Positions 49,572 to 59,707 of a DNA stretch of 64,000 nt are shown in pieces (the stretch's first letter is position 1; each line of letters opens with the position of its first letter). The DNA lies in the NCBI GenBank assembly GCA_964638415.1, contig CAZWYP010000001.1, positions 148,650-212,649 on the forward strand, in the 5' to 3' direction. The notes under the pieces are model-generated. The model was not told the origin of the DNA. It saw only the letters and a program-made list of their open reading frames with translations, and searched no databases. The position numbers were made by a program, and so were the translations under genes. The stretch is from an uncultured Gammaproteobacteria bacterium (GTDB taxonomy: Bacteria; Patescibacteriota; Patescibacteriia; UBA1558; GWA2-36-10).

Positions 49572-49600
49572 ATACCCTATAGTTTTATAGGGTATTTTTT
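49572..49600 (+). terminator. Terminator
   Basis: ATACCCTATA-gttt-TATAGGGTAT followed by TTTTT. Confidence 0.75.
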
Positions 49601-49623
49601 GTTATAATATATACTGATATTTT

Positions 49624-50616
49624 ATGAATAATAATAACGAGCAAACAGCCTATTTGACTAATAAGTCAAAAACACACAAGTTAATTATATTTTTTTTGCT
49701 ATTAACCAATATTTTTACTGGGGGATGGTTTTTTATTTACCAAAAAGATCATCTAATAAACCCAAAAGAATACCCGTACATAGATGTTACTAGAAGTTTA
49801 ATTCCCCAGGAGCATTTTGTGGTTAATTTGGAGCCGCTTAGAGAAAGCTTAGATCAATTAGTTAAAGATTTTGGCGAAGATTCAGTGTCCATTTATATAG
49901 AATTTTTAAATACTGGAGCTAATATTTCAATTAATAAAGATAATTATATTTGGCCAGCTAGTTTAACTAAACTTCCGGTAGCTATGGCGACAATGAAAAA
50001 GATTGAGAAAGGGGAATGGGAATTTAATAATGAACTGGTTTTAACAAGAGAAGATGTAAATCAATTTTCCGGGGATGCTAAGGATCCCTTATCTGAATAT
50101 CCGGTGGGCAGCAGATTTACTATTCGCAAACTTTTGGAGGAATTATTAATAAATTCTGATAATACTGCTTATTATATTTTACTTCGCAATATTCATGAAG
50201 ATGAGCTGAAAGAAGTAATTTTAAATATCGGAATTGAAACATTATTTTCTCCTTCCGGCCAGATTTCATCCAAAGAATATTCCAGAATCTTTAGGGCTTT
50301 ATACACTTCCAGTTTTTTAAAGAGAGAAAACTCCCAGTATTTATTGGAAATATTAGATCAATCTGTCTTTGATGAATTTTTATCTGGCGCTGTGGCAAAA
50401 GAAATTCCTTTTCCCCATAAATATGGGCAAGATGACAAGAACAAGGCTTATTCTGATTCGGGTATAGTATATTTGCCATACCGACCTTATATAATTACGG
50501 TGATGGTACAGGGCGATCAGAATGAATCTTTTGAAAGTGAAAAAACCAAGGCGGCAGATTTTATGAATAAAGTTTCTCAGATTACTTACGAATATTTTTC
50601 TCTACAGACTAAATAA
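49624..50616 (+). CDS. Class A beta-lactamase-related serine hydrolase, membrane-anchored
   Basis: ASLTK (SxxK), SDN, HKYG, DSGIVY. Confidence 0.85.
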   Translation: MNNNNEQTAYLTNKSKTHKLIIFFLLLTNIFTGGWFFIYQKDHLINPKEYPYIDVTRSLIPQEHFVVNLEPLRESLDQLVKDFGEDSVSIYIEFLNTGANISINKDNYIWPASLTKLPVAMATMKKIEKGEWEFNNELVLTREDVNQFSGDAKDPLSEYPVGSRFTIRKLLEELLINSDNTAYYILLRNIHEDELKEVILNIGIETLFSPSGQISSKEYSRIFRALYTSSFLKRENSQYLLEILDQSVFDEFLSGAVAKEIPFPHKYGQDDKNKAYSDSGIVYLPYRPYIITVMVQGDQNESFESEKTKAADFMNKVSQITYEYFSLQTK

Positions 50617-50618
50617 TT

Positions 50619-53600
50619 ATGTCGAAGAAGATAAAAAATATTATTAGGATATTTTCAATTACTTTTGTTTCTTTTATTTTTTTATTGACTAATGTTTTTA
50701 GCGGGCTAACCAGCTGGTTTTACGAGTATCTTAAAAACAGCAATATAGTAGATATATTATGGCAGGCTCAGCACAGTAAATCCGTAGTGGATAATTTCTT
50801 AAAGGATAACTTAACCGTAAGGCAGACTTCTGCAGCAGAAATAACAATTGAATCGGATACTACTGATGCTACTTTTGAGTACGGCACTTCTCCAGCGGTA
50901 GTCTTTACTACTGATCAGATTGGCTATGTTTTTTTTGTTGACGCTGGCAATGATCTGGTCTACAGAAAAACTACTAATGGGGGTACTAATTGGGCAGCAC
51001 CGACGATCATAGACAATGTAGTGACTGGCTGGGTTTCAGTTGCTGTTTGGTATGACCAATGGACTCCCGGAGATAGTAGTAATACCAAGATTCATATTGC
51101 TGCTTCCGATAATGCTTCTGACGATATTTTTTATACTTACTTGGACACTAACGGAGATAATCTAAAGGGTAGCGTGGTAACGGCAGTGTCGGGCTCAGCC
51201 ACTTTAACTGCTGGCGCTGACGGCCCACCCAGCATTACCAAAGGCGCTGGTGGAGCATTATTTGTATCAGGTAATTTCACCAGCACTGCCGGAGGCAAGG
51301 TTTCTAAGTCAACGGACGGCGCTGGAGATAGTTGGTCCGATGTCACTCCTTCCGGCTGGAGTTCAGTAGCAATTGACCAGATCCAATTATTACCTCTTTT
51401 AACTGGAGATGACATCATAGCGATTAAAGCAGAAACTGCTAATAATGCCATAAAATACCAAATTTACGATGAAACCAATGATCAATGGCCAGCCTCCTGG
51501 AGTAATATTGCTACACTAACCGAAAACACCACCTATGATCAATGGTTTTCCGCTACCATCAAGAAATCCACTGGCGATGTTTATCTGACTTTTGCTAATC
51601 AGACAGCCAATGCTGCTAATGATATTGAATTCTGGAGCTTTGATGAAAGTAATAGGGGTAGTGGCTTTGTGAAAGGCACTAACAATGTTTATGATAACAG
51701 CAATTTGATTATTTCCCCAGTGCCCTTAACAGATGAAAATACTGGAGATATTTATGTGGCGTATATCAGTGGAAGAATTCAAGGAACGATAGGTGCGGTA
51801 ACTCATGTGTTTTATAAAAAATCTACTGACGGCGGCAATACCTGGAGTAATGAATACGGTAATATCAATAACGATGTTGGTGATGACTACCGTTATTTGA
51901 GAGGCAATTTATTAAGTAGTGATCGCTTGTTTATTATTTATCACGATGATGATGACAATGATATACTTGGTACTACGATTGAGTCTCAGGATACTACCGT
52001 TGAAGCCAATGTAGATACTGCCATTATTGATGCTACGGATGAATATGGGCCATCACCATCAGGGGTGTTCACTACGGAAGATGTTGGTTATAAATTTTTT
52101 GTAAAAACCAATACTGTTTTGGATGGCACTGATGAATTTGGCCCATCACCGTCAGTGGTTTTTACAGATGCTAATACTGGCTATGCTTTTTTTGTTAGCG
52201 CTGTTAATCAGGATTTAGTTTACGCCAAGACGATTAATGGCGGAGCCAATTGGAGCGGACAAGTGATAATTGATTCAGCAGTTGGTGGCTGGACAATGGC
52301 TTCTGTCTGGTACGATCAGTGGACGCCGGGGGATACTACTGGAACCAAGATTCACATTGCTGCTTCTGATGATGTGTCTGATGACATTTACTATACTTAT
52401 CTGGATACTAATGGTGATACTTTGAAGGGTAGCGTGGTAACGGCGGTTTCAGGGTCAACTACTTTAACGGAAGCAAGCGACGGTCCACCCAGCATTACCA
52501 AAGGCGCTGGTGGGGCATTATTTGTATCAGGCAATTTCACCAGCACTGCTGGAGGCAAAGTTTCTAAGTCAACGGACGGTGCTGGAGATAGTTGGTCCGA
52601 TGTCACTCCTTCGGGCTGGAGCTCAGTAGCAATTGACCAAATACAACTACTGCCGTTGTTAACTGGAAATGATATTATGGCGATTAAAGCCCAGACGGCA
52701 GATAACACTATTAGATACCAAATTTACGACGAAACTAATGATCAATGGCCAGCCTCCTGGACTAATATTGCCACTTTAACTGAGAACCTTACCTATTACC
52801 AATGGTTTTCTGCTACCATCAAGAAATCCACTGGTGATGTTTATCTGACTTTTGCCAATCAGACAGCTAATGCTGCTAATGATATTGAATTCTGGAGCTT
52901 TGATGAAAGTAATAGGGGCAGTGGTTTTGTTCAAGGTGCTAATATATTTACTGATAATGCCACCGTTATTTCCCCAGTCCCTATCATAGAAGAAGATACG
53001 GGTAATATTTATGTAGCTTATATCAGAGGCACGTTAAATGCTACCGTGAGGGTTTATTATAAAAGCTCAACTGACGGCGGAGCTAATTGGGGCAGTGAGT
53101 CGTCCAGTGTTAGTCCGACTACTGCTGATGATCATAAGTACTTAAGAGGAAATATTCTTAACAATGATACTTTATATGTCGTTTGGTACAATGACGATAC
53201 TAATATCCTAAGGGGGAACTCTCTTTTGTCACCAATCGCTACTGATGTGCCTTTGACCGGTCAGTCCATAGCTTTTAGAAAGACTACCACCGGCGGGGCT
53301 GCTTGGGGGACTTTGCGTATTTTAGCACCAGGTTTAGGCGCCACCATGGTTTCTGTCTGGTATGATCGATGGACGCCTGGGGACACCACTGGAACCAAGA
53401 TCCATGTTGTTTATTCTGATGATGTGACTGATGATTATTATTATACTTATTTAGATACCAATGGCGATGAGATTGGCTTTAATAAACCAGTAATTTTAGG
53501 ATCAGCTATTACTGAGTTGGGTGTCGGTACGCCAGGTATTACCAAAGGCGCTGGGGGAGCTTTATTTTTATCTGGTCAATTTAATACTACTGCCGGAGGC

Positions 53601-54686
53601 AAAGTATATAAGTCGGTCAATGGTGGAGACACCTGGTCCGATGTTACTCCTTCCGGTTGGAGCTCAGTAGCAATTGACCAGATCCAATTATTACCGCTTT
53701 TAACTGGAGATGACATTATGGCTATCAAAGCCCAGACAGCAGATGATACTATTAGATACCAAATTTACGATGAAACCAATGATCAATGGCCTGATTCTTG
53801 GACTAGTATTGCTACACTAACCGAAAACACTACCTATGACCAATGGTTTTCCGCTACCATCAAGAAATCCACTGGCGATGTTTATCTGACTTTTGCTAAT
53901 CAGACGGCCAATGCTGCTAATGATATTGAATTCTGGAGCTTTGATGAAAGTAATAGGGGCAGTGGCTTTGTGAAGGGCACCAATAATGTTTATGATAATA
54001 GCAACGTTATTCTTTCCCCCATAACTTTAATTGATGAAAATAATGGTAATTTATATGTGGCTTATTTACGAGGCACTCTGGAAAATAATATGGGGGTGTA
54101 TTACAAGACTTCCACTGACGGCGGGGACACCTGGAGCGCAGAATCAGCTAATTTAGGTCCAGGCTTGGTTGATGATCATAAGTATCTACACAGCACCTTA
54201 TTGAGCGGAGATAGGCTTTATATATTTTGGTATAACGATGATTTAGAGGATATTATGGGTAATACCATTCCATTTTTGGTGGCAGCGGAAATATCAATTA
54301 CTTTATCTACCGATGGTTCCATTTCTTTTGGCGGACTCTCTTTAGAAGCAGTTGAAGACACTACTGCTGGAGGAATTAATGATGTGGAAACGATTAATGT
54401 GGATTCAGGCCCAGTTGATTTGGATATTAGAAGTACAACGTGGTCTGAAGGGGCTAATATTTGGACCCTAGGCAATGATAGTGCGGATAATCAGGTATTA
54501 TGGGAATTCTCTCCCAATGGCAGCTCTTGGTCAACTTTTCTAGTGGCTGATAATTTATATAATTTGGCAACCAATGTTTCTCAAGGTAATAGTCAGAATG
54601 TCTATTTCCGTCTTAGTATGCCCACGATTACTGACTCTTATCAGGAATACAGCGCTGATGTTACTATAGTAGCCTCTAGTCCCTAA
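50619..54686 (+). CDS. Large surface protein: three Asp-box (BNR) propeller-like repeats plus C-terminal WxL-like domain
   Basis: STDGGxTW Asp-boxes; three ~370-aa repeats; C-terminus paralogous to the next gene. Confidence 0.85.
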   Translation: MSKKIKNIIRIFSITFVSFIFLLTNVFSGLTSWFYEYLKNSNIVDILWQAQHSKSVVDNFLKDNLTVRQTSAAEITIESDTTDATFEYGTSPAVVFTTDQIGYVFFVDAGNDLVYRKTTNGGTNWAAPTIIDNVVTGWVSVAVWYDQWTPGDSSNTKIHIAASDNASDDIFYTYLDTNGDNLKGSVVTAVSGSATLTAGADGPPSITKGAGGALFVSGNFTSTAGGKVSKSTDGAGDSWSDVTPSGWSSVAIDQIQLLPLLTGDDIIAIKAETANNAIKYQIYDETNDQWPASWSNIATLTENTTYDQWFSATIKKSTGDVYLTFANQTANAANDIEFWSFDESNRGSGFVKGTNNVYDNSNLIISPVPLTDENTGDIYVAYISGRIQGTIGAVTHVFYKKSTDGGNTWSNEYGNINNDVGDDYRYLRGNLLSSDRLFIIYHDDDDNDILGTTIESQDTTVEANVDTAIIDATDEYGPSPSGVFTTEDVGYKFFVKTNTVLDGTDEFGPSPSVVFTDANTGYAFFVSAVNQDLVYAKTINGGANWSGQVIIDSAVGGWTMASVWYDQWTPGDTTGTKIHIAASDDVSDDIYYTYLDTNGDTLKGSVVTAVSGSTTLTEASDGPPSITKGAGGALFVSGNFTSTAGGKVSKSTDGAGDSWSDVTPSGWSSVAIDQIQLLPLLTGNDIMAIKAQTADNTIRYQIYDETNDQWPASWTNIATLTENLTYYQWFSATIKKSTGDVYLTFANQTANAANDIEFWSFDESNRGSGFVQGANIFTDNATVISPVPIIEEDTGNIYVAYIRGTLNATVRVYYKSSTDGGANWGSESSSVSPTTADDHKYLRGNILNNDTLYVVWYNDDTNILRGNSLLSPIATDVPLTGQSIAFRKTTTGGAAWGTLRILAPGLGATMVSVWYDRWTPGDTTGTKIHVVYSDDVTDDYYYTYLDTNGDEIGFNKPVILGSAITELGVGTPGITKGAGGALFLSGQFNTTAGGKVYKSVNGGDTWSDVTPSGWSSVAIDQIQLLPLLTGDDIMAIKAQTADDTIRYQIYDETNDQWPDSWTSIATLTENTTYDQWFSATIKKSTGDVYLTFANQTANAANDIEFWSFDESNRGSGFVKGTNNVYDNSNVILSPITLIDENNGNLYVAYLRGTLENNMGVYYKTSTDGGDTWSAESANLGPGLVDDHKYLHSTLLSGDRLYIFWYNDDLEDIMGNTIPFLVAAEISITLSTDGSISFGGLSLEAVEDTTAGGINDVETINVDSGPVDLDIRSTTWSEGANIWTLGNDSADNQVLWEFSPNGSSWSTFLVADNLYNLATNVSQGNSQNVYFRLSMPTITDSYQEYSADVTIVASSP
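50870..54270 (+). repeat. Three intragenic ~1.1-kb repeats with near-identical cores
   Basis: e.g. GCTACCATCAAGAAATCCACTGG and GATATTGAATTCTGGAGCTTTGATGAAAGTAATAGGGG each occur three times; boundaries approximate. Confidence 0.9.
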
Positions 54687-54763
54687 GTAATTTTATTTAT
54701 GGGTCTTGTTTATGTGGCAAGTTGTGTTATAATATAAGCATTAAAAATAAACATAATAAAAAT

Positions 54764-55270
54764 ATGAAACAAAGTATTATAAGTATTTCTTTTGTAATCT
54801 TAGTCGGGTTATTTATCACCCTAGTTTCCCAAGCTGCAGATAATGCTACGGTAACCGCTACGGTAACTGCGCAGAATATAGCAATATCAGTAGCTGATGG
54901 ATCAATAACTTATGGCACTATAGCCTTAGGTGGGGCAGCTTCAACAACAGCTGACAGCATTAATGACAGTCAGACCGTTACTAATGACGGTAATATCACC
55001 TCCGATCTTGATATCCGGGGACAGAATACCGCTGCTTGGACTTTGGCGGGAAGTTCTGGAGCTGATCAGTATATTCACCAGTTTTGTGGAGAAGCTAATT
55101 GTGATTCCGCACCAGTTTGGACAGCTTTAACCACTAGTTACCAGGCTTTGGCTACTAGTATTGCCGCTGCCGGCACCAAGGTTTTTGATTTAAAGATTAC
55201 TTTACCTGCCTCTAGTAGCAGTTATACTCAGCAGTCCGTAGATGTTACTGTCTTAGCTTCCGCTTCTTAA
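54764..55270 (+). CDS. Small secreted beta-sandwich protein (WxL-like/pilin-like subunit)
   Basis: Signal peptide ending SQA, N-terminal strand NATVTATVTAQ, WTL motif, C-terminal YTQQSVDVTVLAS. Confidence 0.7.
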   Translation: MKQSIISISFVILVGLFITLVSQAADNATVTATVTAQNIAISVADGSITYGTIALGGAASTTADSINDSQTVTNDGNITSDLDIRGQNTAAWTLAGSSGADQYIHQFCGEANCDSAPVWTALTTSYQALATSIAAAGTKVFDLKITLPASSSSYTQQSVDVTVLASAS

Positions 55271-55286
55271 AATTTTTACGATATTA

Positions 55287-55889
55287 ATGAAAAAAAGATT
55301 TACTTATTTTCTTATTGCTGTTTTTCTATTGATTCCAGGTTTATCGCTGGCTAAAATGGGAGTAGGTGTTGGTACCGGCAAAATCGTTATGGATCAGGAA
55401 TTAAAAGCTGGCACCTACCATAATTTGCCGGCTTTAACGGTGATTAATACCGGAGATGAGCCAGCGGATTATGGAGTTTCAGTATCTCATCGTGAGAATC
55501 AGCCAGAACTAAAACCTAATGCTGAGTGGTTTACTTTTTCTCCTAATAGTTTTCATCTTGATCCGGGGCAAGCTCAGAGAGTAGAAATCAAGGTAAATTT
55601 ACCAATAAAAATACAGCCCGGCGATTATTTCGCATTTTTGGAAGCACATCTTAATAATAGCAATCAAGACGCTTCCAAAACCAGCATTGGCATCGCCGCT
55701 GCTAGCAAGCTTTATTTTACAGTAGCCCCTTCCAATTTTATTCAGGGCATATATTATCGGATAATTTCATTTATATTCTATTATCGCCCTTGGACATACA
55801 TAGTCCCGATTGTAATATTTTTGGCTATTTTGATTACAATTTTCAGGAAAAAGTTTGTTTTTAATATTAGCATTGGTAAAAAACAATAG
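55287..55889 (+). CDS. Ig-fold chaperone-like (DUF916/PapD-like) protein with C-terminal TM
   Basis: LTVINTGD, WFTFSPNSFHLDPGQAQRVEIKVNLP, PGDY; C-terminal anchor. Confidence 0.6.
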   Translation: MKKRFTYFLIAVFLLIPGLSLAKMGVGVGTGKIVMDQELKAGTYHNLPALTVINTGDEPADYGVSVSHRENQPELKPNAEWFTFSPNSFHLDPGQAQRVEIKVNLPIKIQPGDYFAFLEAHLNNSNQDASKTSIGIAAASKLYFTVAPSNFIQGIYYRIISFIFYYRPWTYIVPIVIFLAILITIFRKKFVFNISIGKKQ

Positions 55890-55894
55890 TTTTA

Positions 55895-56941
55895 ATGATT
55901 GTTTCCAAAGCCAAAATTTTTCTTTTCCTATTCCCTCTATTGTTAGTGGGAATATTTTTTGTAGCTAAGTTTGTTATTGCTCAATCTTACAATATTGATG
56001 CTCAGGTTAGAATCAGTGTTTGTGGTAACGGTGACGCTGAAGGTGGTGAAGAATGTGATGGAGCTGATTTTAATGGCTTAAGCTGCTCTAACTTTGGTTT
56101 TAGCTCTGGTAATTTAACTTGTGATATCGCTTGTGATATTGATGCCAGTGATTGCCGGAACACTACTGGCGGAGGAGGCGGTGGCGGAGGAGGCGGTGGT
56201 GGCGGCGGGGGAATTCCCCCGGTGCAGACTAGTGTTACTTTTTCCGGCCGGGCTTATCCGCAAAGCGAAGTCACTATTTTAAAAGACGGCCAGATTGCCA
56301 TAACTACTATTGCCGGCCCAGACGCTAATTTTTATGTATCATTAACTGGCTTGGCGGCGGGTAATTATAATTTTGCTGTTTATAGTGAAGACAGTGATAA
56401 TCGCCGCTCAACTCTTTTTACTTTCCCTGTATATATTACTGCTGGCGCTACCACCAATATTAGCGGTATTTATATCGCCCCTACCATTGCCGTAGATAAA
56501 AGTCAGGTTAGGCGCGGGGATAACATAGCTATTTTCGGCCAAACTGTGCCTAGTGCTAATGTGACTATTTCAGTTCATTCCAACCCAGAATATTTCCGTT
56601 ACATTATTGCTGACGAAGATGGTGTTTATTTGCATAATTTTGATACTTCAATTTTGGCTCAAGGCGGCCATAATACAAAATCTAAATCCGCAATAACTGG
56701 AGAAATCAGCTCTTTTGGTCAAACAGTAGGTTTTACCGTGGGTGAAGACAATGTGCCGGCAGAGGAAACAAATGATTTGCCAGCAGATGTTAATAATGAT
56801 AATAAGGTTAATTTAATTGATTTTTCCGTGGCCGCTTACTGGTATGGCCGGGCAAATCCTCCGGCTAATGTCGATCTTAATAAGGATGGCAAAGTGAATT
56901 TAGTTGATTTTAGTATCATGGCTTATCATTGGACTGGTTAA
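55895..56941 (+). CDS. Secreted protein with Cys-rich repeat, poly-Gly linker, Ig-like domains and C-terminal dockerin
   Basis: CGNGDAEGGEECDG, long Gly run, duplicated DVNNDNKVNLIDFS/DLNKDGKVNLVDFS. Confidence 0.8.
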   Translation: MIVSKAKIFLFLFPLLLVGIFFVAKFVIAQSYNIDAQVRISVCGNGDAEGGEECDGADFNGLSCSNFGFSSGNLTCDIACDIDASDCRNTTGGGGGGGGGGGGGGGIPPVQTSVTFSGRAYPQSEVTILKDGQIAITTIAGPDANFYVSLTGLAAGNYNFAVYSEDSDNRRSTLFTFPVYITAGATTNISGIYIAPTIAVDKSQVRRGDNIAIFGQTVPSANVTISVHSNPEYFRYIIADEDGVYLHNFDTSILAQGGHNTKSKSAITGEISSFGQTVGFTVGEDNVPAEETNDLPADVNNDNKVNLIDFSVAAYWYGRANPPANVDLNKDGKVNLVDFSIMAYHWTG

Positions 56942-56944
56942 GAT

Positions 56945-57823
56945 ATGCGCAGGTATATATTTTTTATTTTATTAGGATTATTATTTTTTCCCTTCCGTCA
57001 GCTGCAAGCTGCCGAATTGTCGATTATTAACAATTACCAGGCCATAAATATTGGTCAGGAGTTTGAAGTTGTTGTTTATCTTAATACTGAAAATGAAAAA
57101 ATTAATGCTTTATCTGGAAAAATTATTTTTCCTGAACAATATCTGGAGTTAGTCAGAATAAAGAATAATGATTCAGTTATTAATTTTTGGATTGAAATGC
57201 CAAGCTTAAGCCAGCCGGGAGAGGTGTCTTTCTCGGGCATTATTCCTGGAGGATTGGAAGATAATCGTAGTAAAATATTTTCTTTGATTTTCCGAGCTAA
57301 ATCTGCCGGCAGTGAACAGGTGTCTATTTCAGATTTTTCTGCTCTACTTAATGATGGTCAAGGCACAGCGGTTAATACTAAAACTGTTTCTGCTTTATTT
57401 AATATCTCCGATGAAGTCATAGTTTATCAGCCAGGCATAGAGGAGGTGGCTGATTTTGATCTGCCGGAATCATTCAATCCTTTACTTACCCAGATCCCAG
57501 AAATTGCCGATAATAAATATCTTTTAGTCTTTTTGACCCAGGACAAAGGTTCTGGTATTAGCCACTATGAGGTAAAAGAAGGCTGGGGAAGCTTTAAGGT
57601 TGCCACTAGTCCTTATGTTTTAGAGAATCAGAAGTTAAATCAGAAGATTTTTGTCAAAGCTATTGACCAAGCTGGTAATGCCAGAGTGGTTACTTTTATT
57701 CCACCCAATTACCTTCCCTGGTATAAAAATTACCAATTATTTGGTATAATAATACTAGTAATTATCTTTGCTTATTTTTCTCAGCGTTATTCCCACAAAA
57801 ACAAAAAAACAACAAAAACATAA
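56945..57823 (+). CDS. Cohesin-domain membrane-anchored protein
   Basis: GQEFEVVVYLNT..INALSGKIIFP..LE, FSGIIPGG, LLNDGQGT; C-terminal TM. Confidence 0.75.
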   Translation: MRRYIFFILLGLLFFPFRQLQAAELSIINNYQAINIGQEFEVVVYLNTENEKINALSGKIIFPEQYLELVRIKNNDSVINFWIEMPSLSQPGEVSFSGIIPGGLEDNRSKIFSLIFRAKSAGSEQVSISDFSALLNDGQGTAVNTKTVSALFNISDEVIVYQPGIEEVADFDLPESFNPLLTQIPEIADNKYLLVFLTQDKGSGISHYEVKEGWGSFKVATSPYVLENQKLNQKIFVKAIDQAGNARVVTFIPPNYLPWYKNYQLFGIIILVIIFAYFSQRYSHKNKKTTKT

Positions 57824-59560
57824 ATGAAAAGATTTTTCGGCAAAGCAATAAGTGTATTTTTATTAGTTGGTGTTTTTTTATTTAACCAAGTCTTATTGGC
57901 TCAGGCCGCTACTATTTTTCCATCTCCTAATTCCGGTAGTTATAATATTGGCAAGTCATTCTCGGTTGGTGTTTTTGTTTCCAGCGCCGATCAGGCTATT
58001 AATGCCGTATCGGGAACTTTATCTTTCCCCAAAGATAAATTAGAAGTCACTTCTGTTTCCAAATCTGGTTCAGTTGTTTCTTTGTGGGTGCAGGATCCTT
58101 CTTTCTCCAATAGCGCCGGCACAGTAAGTTTTGAAGGTATTGTGCTTAATCCCGGTTTTACTGGCGCTAGCGGTAGGATTATAACGGTAAATTTCCGCGC
58201 TAAGAATGGCGGTGCTGCGCCGATTACTTTCTCCGCCGGTTCGGTACTGGCTAATGACGGGCAGGGTACTAATATTTTATCTGGCTTAGGCAGTGCTAGA
58301 TATGATATTGAAGTGCCGGTTTCCGGGCCAGCGGCGCCGGAAGCTGAAACCCCCTCAGCGATTATTGGCACACCGCCGGCTCCTTTGGTTTCTTCCCAAA
58401 CCCATGAAGATCCTGATCGCTGGTATAATAATAATCAGCCGCAATTCAGCTGGTCTTTGCCGGAAGGCATAACCGCCGTTAAATTATTGGCAGATAATAA
58501 GCCGCAAAGCGATCCGTCTGTAGTTTATGCCCAGCCGATTAGTTCCCGCAACCTTGATCAGCTGGAAGATGGTATTTGGTATTTCCATATTCAGTTGCAG
58601 AATAGCGTAGGCTGGGGAGGCATTGCCCATTTCCGTTTCCAGATTGATACCAAGAATCCAGAATATTTCAATATTTCGGAAGTAGCCCGCCAAGACTTAA
58701 CTGAGCCATTTGCCAAGTTTATCTTTGAGGCAGCTGATGAAGTTTCCGGTATTGACCATTATGAGATTCAGATTGATAACAATGAAGCTATTGTCTGGCA
58801 GGATGATGGCACTGGTATTTACCAGACGCCAGTTTTAGCGCCAGGCAAGCACCGGATGATGGTTAAGGTCTTTGACGGCGCCGGTAATAGCATTGCCAAT
58901 TTTGCGGAGTTTGAAATTACCGCTTTAACTTTGCCGACTATTAATAATTTCACCAAGGATTTAACCAGCAGCGAGCGCTTCCGGGCTACCGGCAGCTCTT
59001 ATCCTAATGCTCAGGTAATTTTTGAGCTTAATAAATCAGGTGAAGAAACCGTGACGCTTACCGCTAATACAGATGAGCAGGGTAATTTTGATTTAATCAG
59101 TGAAGACCCATTGGTTGACGGCAAGTATAAGTTGAGAGTGAAAGTGGTGGATAGCAGGGGAGCGCAGAGTTTCTGGACAGAGGATTTTGAGGTTAGGGTT
59201 CAGAAACCGGCATTATGGCGCTTCGGCTCGGTTGCCATCAGCGTTTTGTCAGTGATCATCCCGTTGTTTGCTCTAATTACCTTACTAGCATTTATGCTTT
59301 GGTATAGCTGGCATAAGTTCCGCTCTTTCCGCCGTCGGGTAAGCCGAGAAGTCAGCGAAGCAGAAGTGGTTTTACAGAATGCCTTTGCTAATTTAAAAGT
59401 TAGCGTAGCCAACAGGGTAAAGATGTTGGAAAAAACTGGTCAGAAAAGAGATTTAACACCAGAAGAGGCCAGAATGGTTATGCAGCTTCGCAAGGACTTG
59501 GATCGGGCAGAAAGCATTGTCGCCAAGGAAATTAGGGATATTCAGAAAGAAGTAAAGTAG
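57824..59560 (+). CDS. Cohesin-domain plus Ig-like surface protein with TM and cytoplasmic coiled coil
   Basis: GKSFSVGVFVSS..INAVSGTLSFP..LEV, VLANDGQGT, SGIDHYEI; TM near C-terminus. Confidence 0.78.
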   Translation: MKRFFGKAISVFLLVGVFLFNQVLLAQAATIFPSPNSGSYNIGKSFSVGVFVSSADQAINAVSGTLSFPKDKLEVTSVSKSGSVVSLWVQDPSFSNSAGTVSFEGIVLNPGFTGASGRIITVNFRAKNGGAAPITFSAGSVLANDGQGTNILSGLGSARYDIEVPVSGPAAPEAETPSAIIGTPPAPLVSSQTHEDPDRWYNNNQPQFSWSLPEGITAVKLLADNKPQSDPSVVYAQPISSRNLDQLEDGIWYFHIQLQNSVGWGGIAHFRFQIDTKNPEYFNISEVARQDLTEPFAKFIFEAADEVSGIDHYEIQIDNNEAIVWQDDGTGIYQTPVLAPGKHRMMVKVFDGAGNSIANFAEFEITALTLPTINNFTKDLTSSERFRATGSSYPNAQVIFELNKSGEETVTLTANTDEQGNFDLISEDPLVDGKYKLRVKVVDSRGAQSFWTEDFEVRVQKPALWRFGSVAISVLSVIIPLFALITLLAFMLWYSWHKFRSFRRRVSREVSEAEVVLQNAFANLKVSVANRVKMLEKTGQKRDLTPEEARMVMQLRKDLDRAESIVAKEIRDIQKEVK

Positions 59561-59581
59561 TTAAATTGTTTTTAAGTAAGT

Positions 59582-59616
59582 TATAAAACCATTGTTTTTA
59601 AGCAATGGTTTTTATA
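59582..59616. terminator. Terminator/palindrome
   Basis: Inverted repeat with arms AAAACCATTG and CAATGGTTTT. Confidence 0.7.
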
Positions 59617-59707
59617 GCTCTTCAAGTATATGTTTTTTTATTGAAATGTGTTATAATAACCCTAGTTAAAAAATGGTTTTTAATAAAAATTATTTATATT
59701 TAACAGT

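Noticed and set aside
49624-50616. Antibiotic-resistance beta-lactamase
   Set aside because: Has SxxK and SDN but KYG for KTG, no clear omega-loop ExxLN and a membrane anchor; more likely a cell-wall-related serine hydrolase
50619-54686. CRISPR array or diversity-generating retroelement behind the repeats
   Set aside because: Repeats are long, in frame and coding; no spacers, cas genes or reverse transcriptase in the window, and differences are not adenine-specific
56168-56212. GGC/GGA/GGT run as a phase-variable tract
   Set aside because: Mixed Gly codons encode an in-frame flexible linker, not a slippage-prone pure repeat
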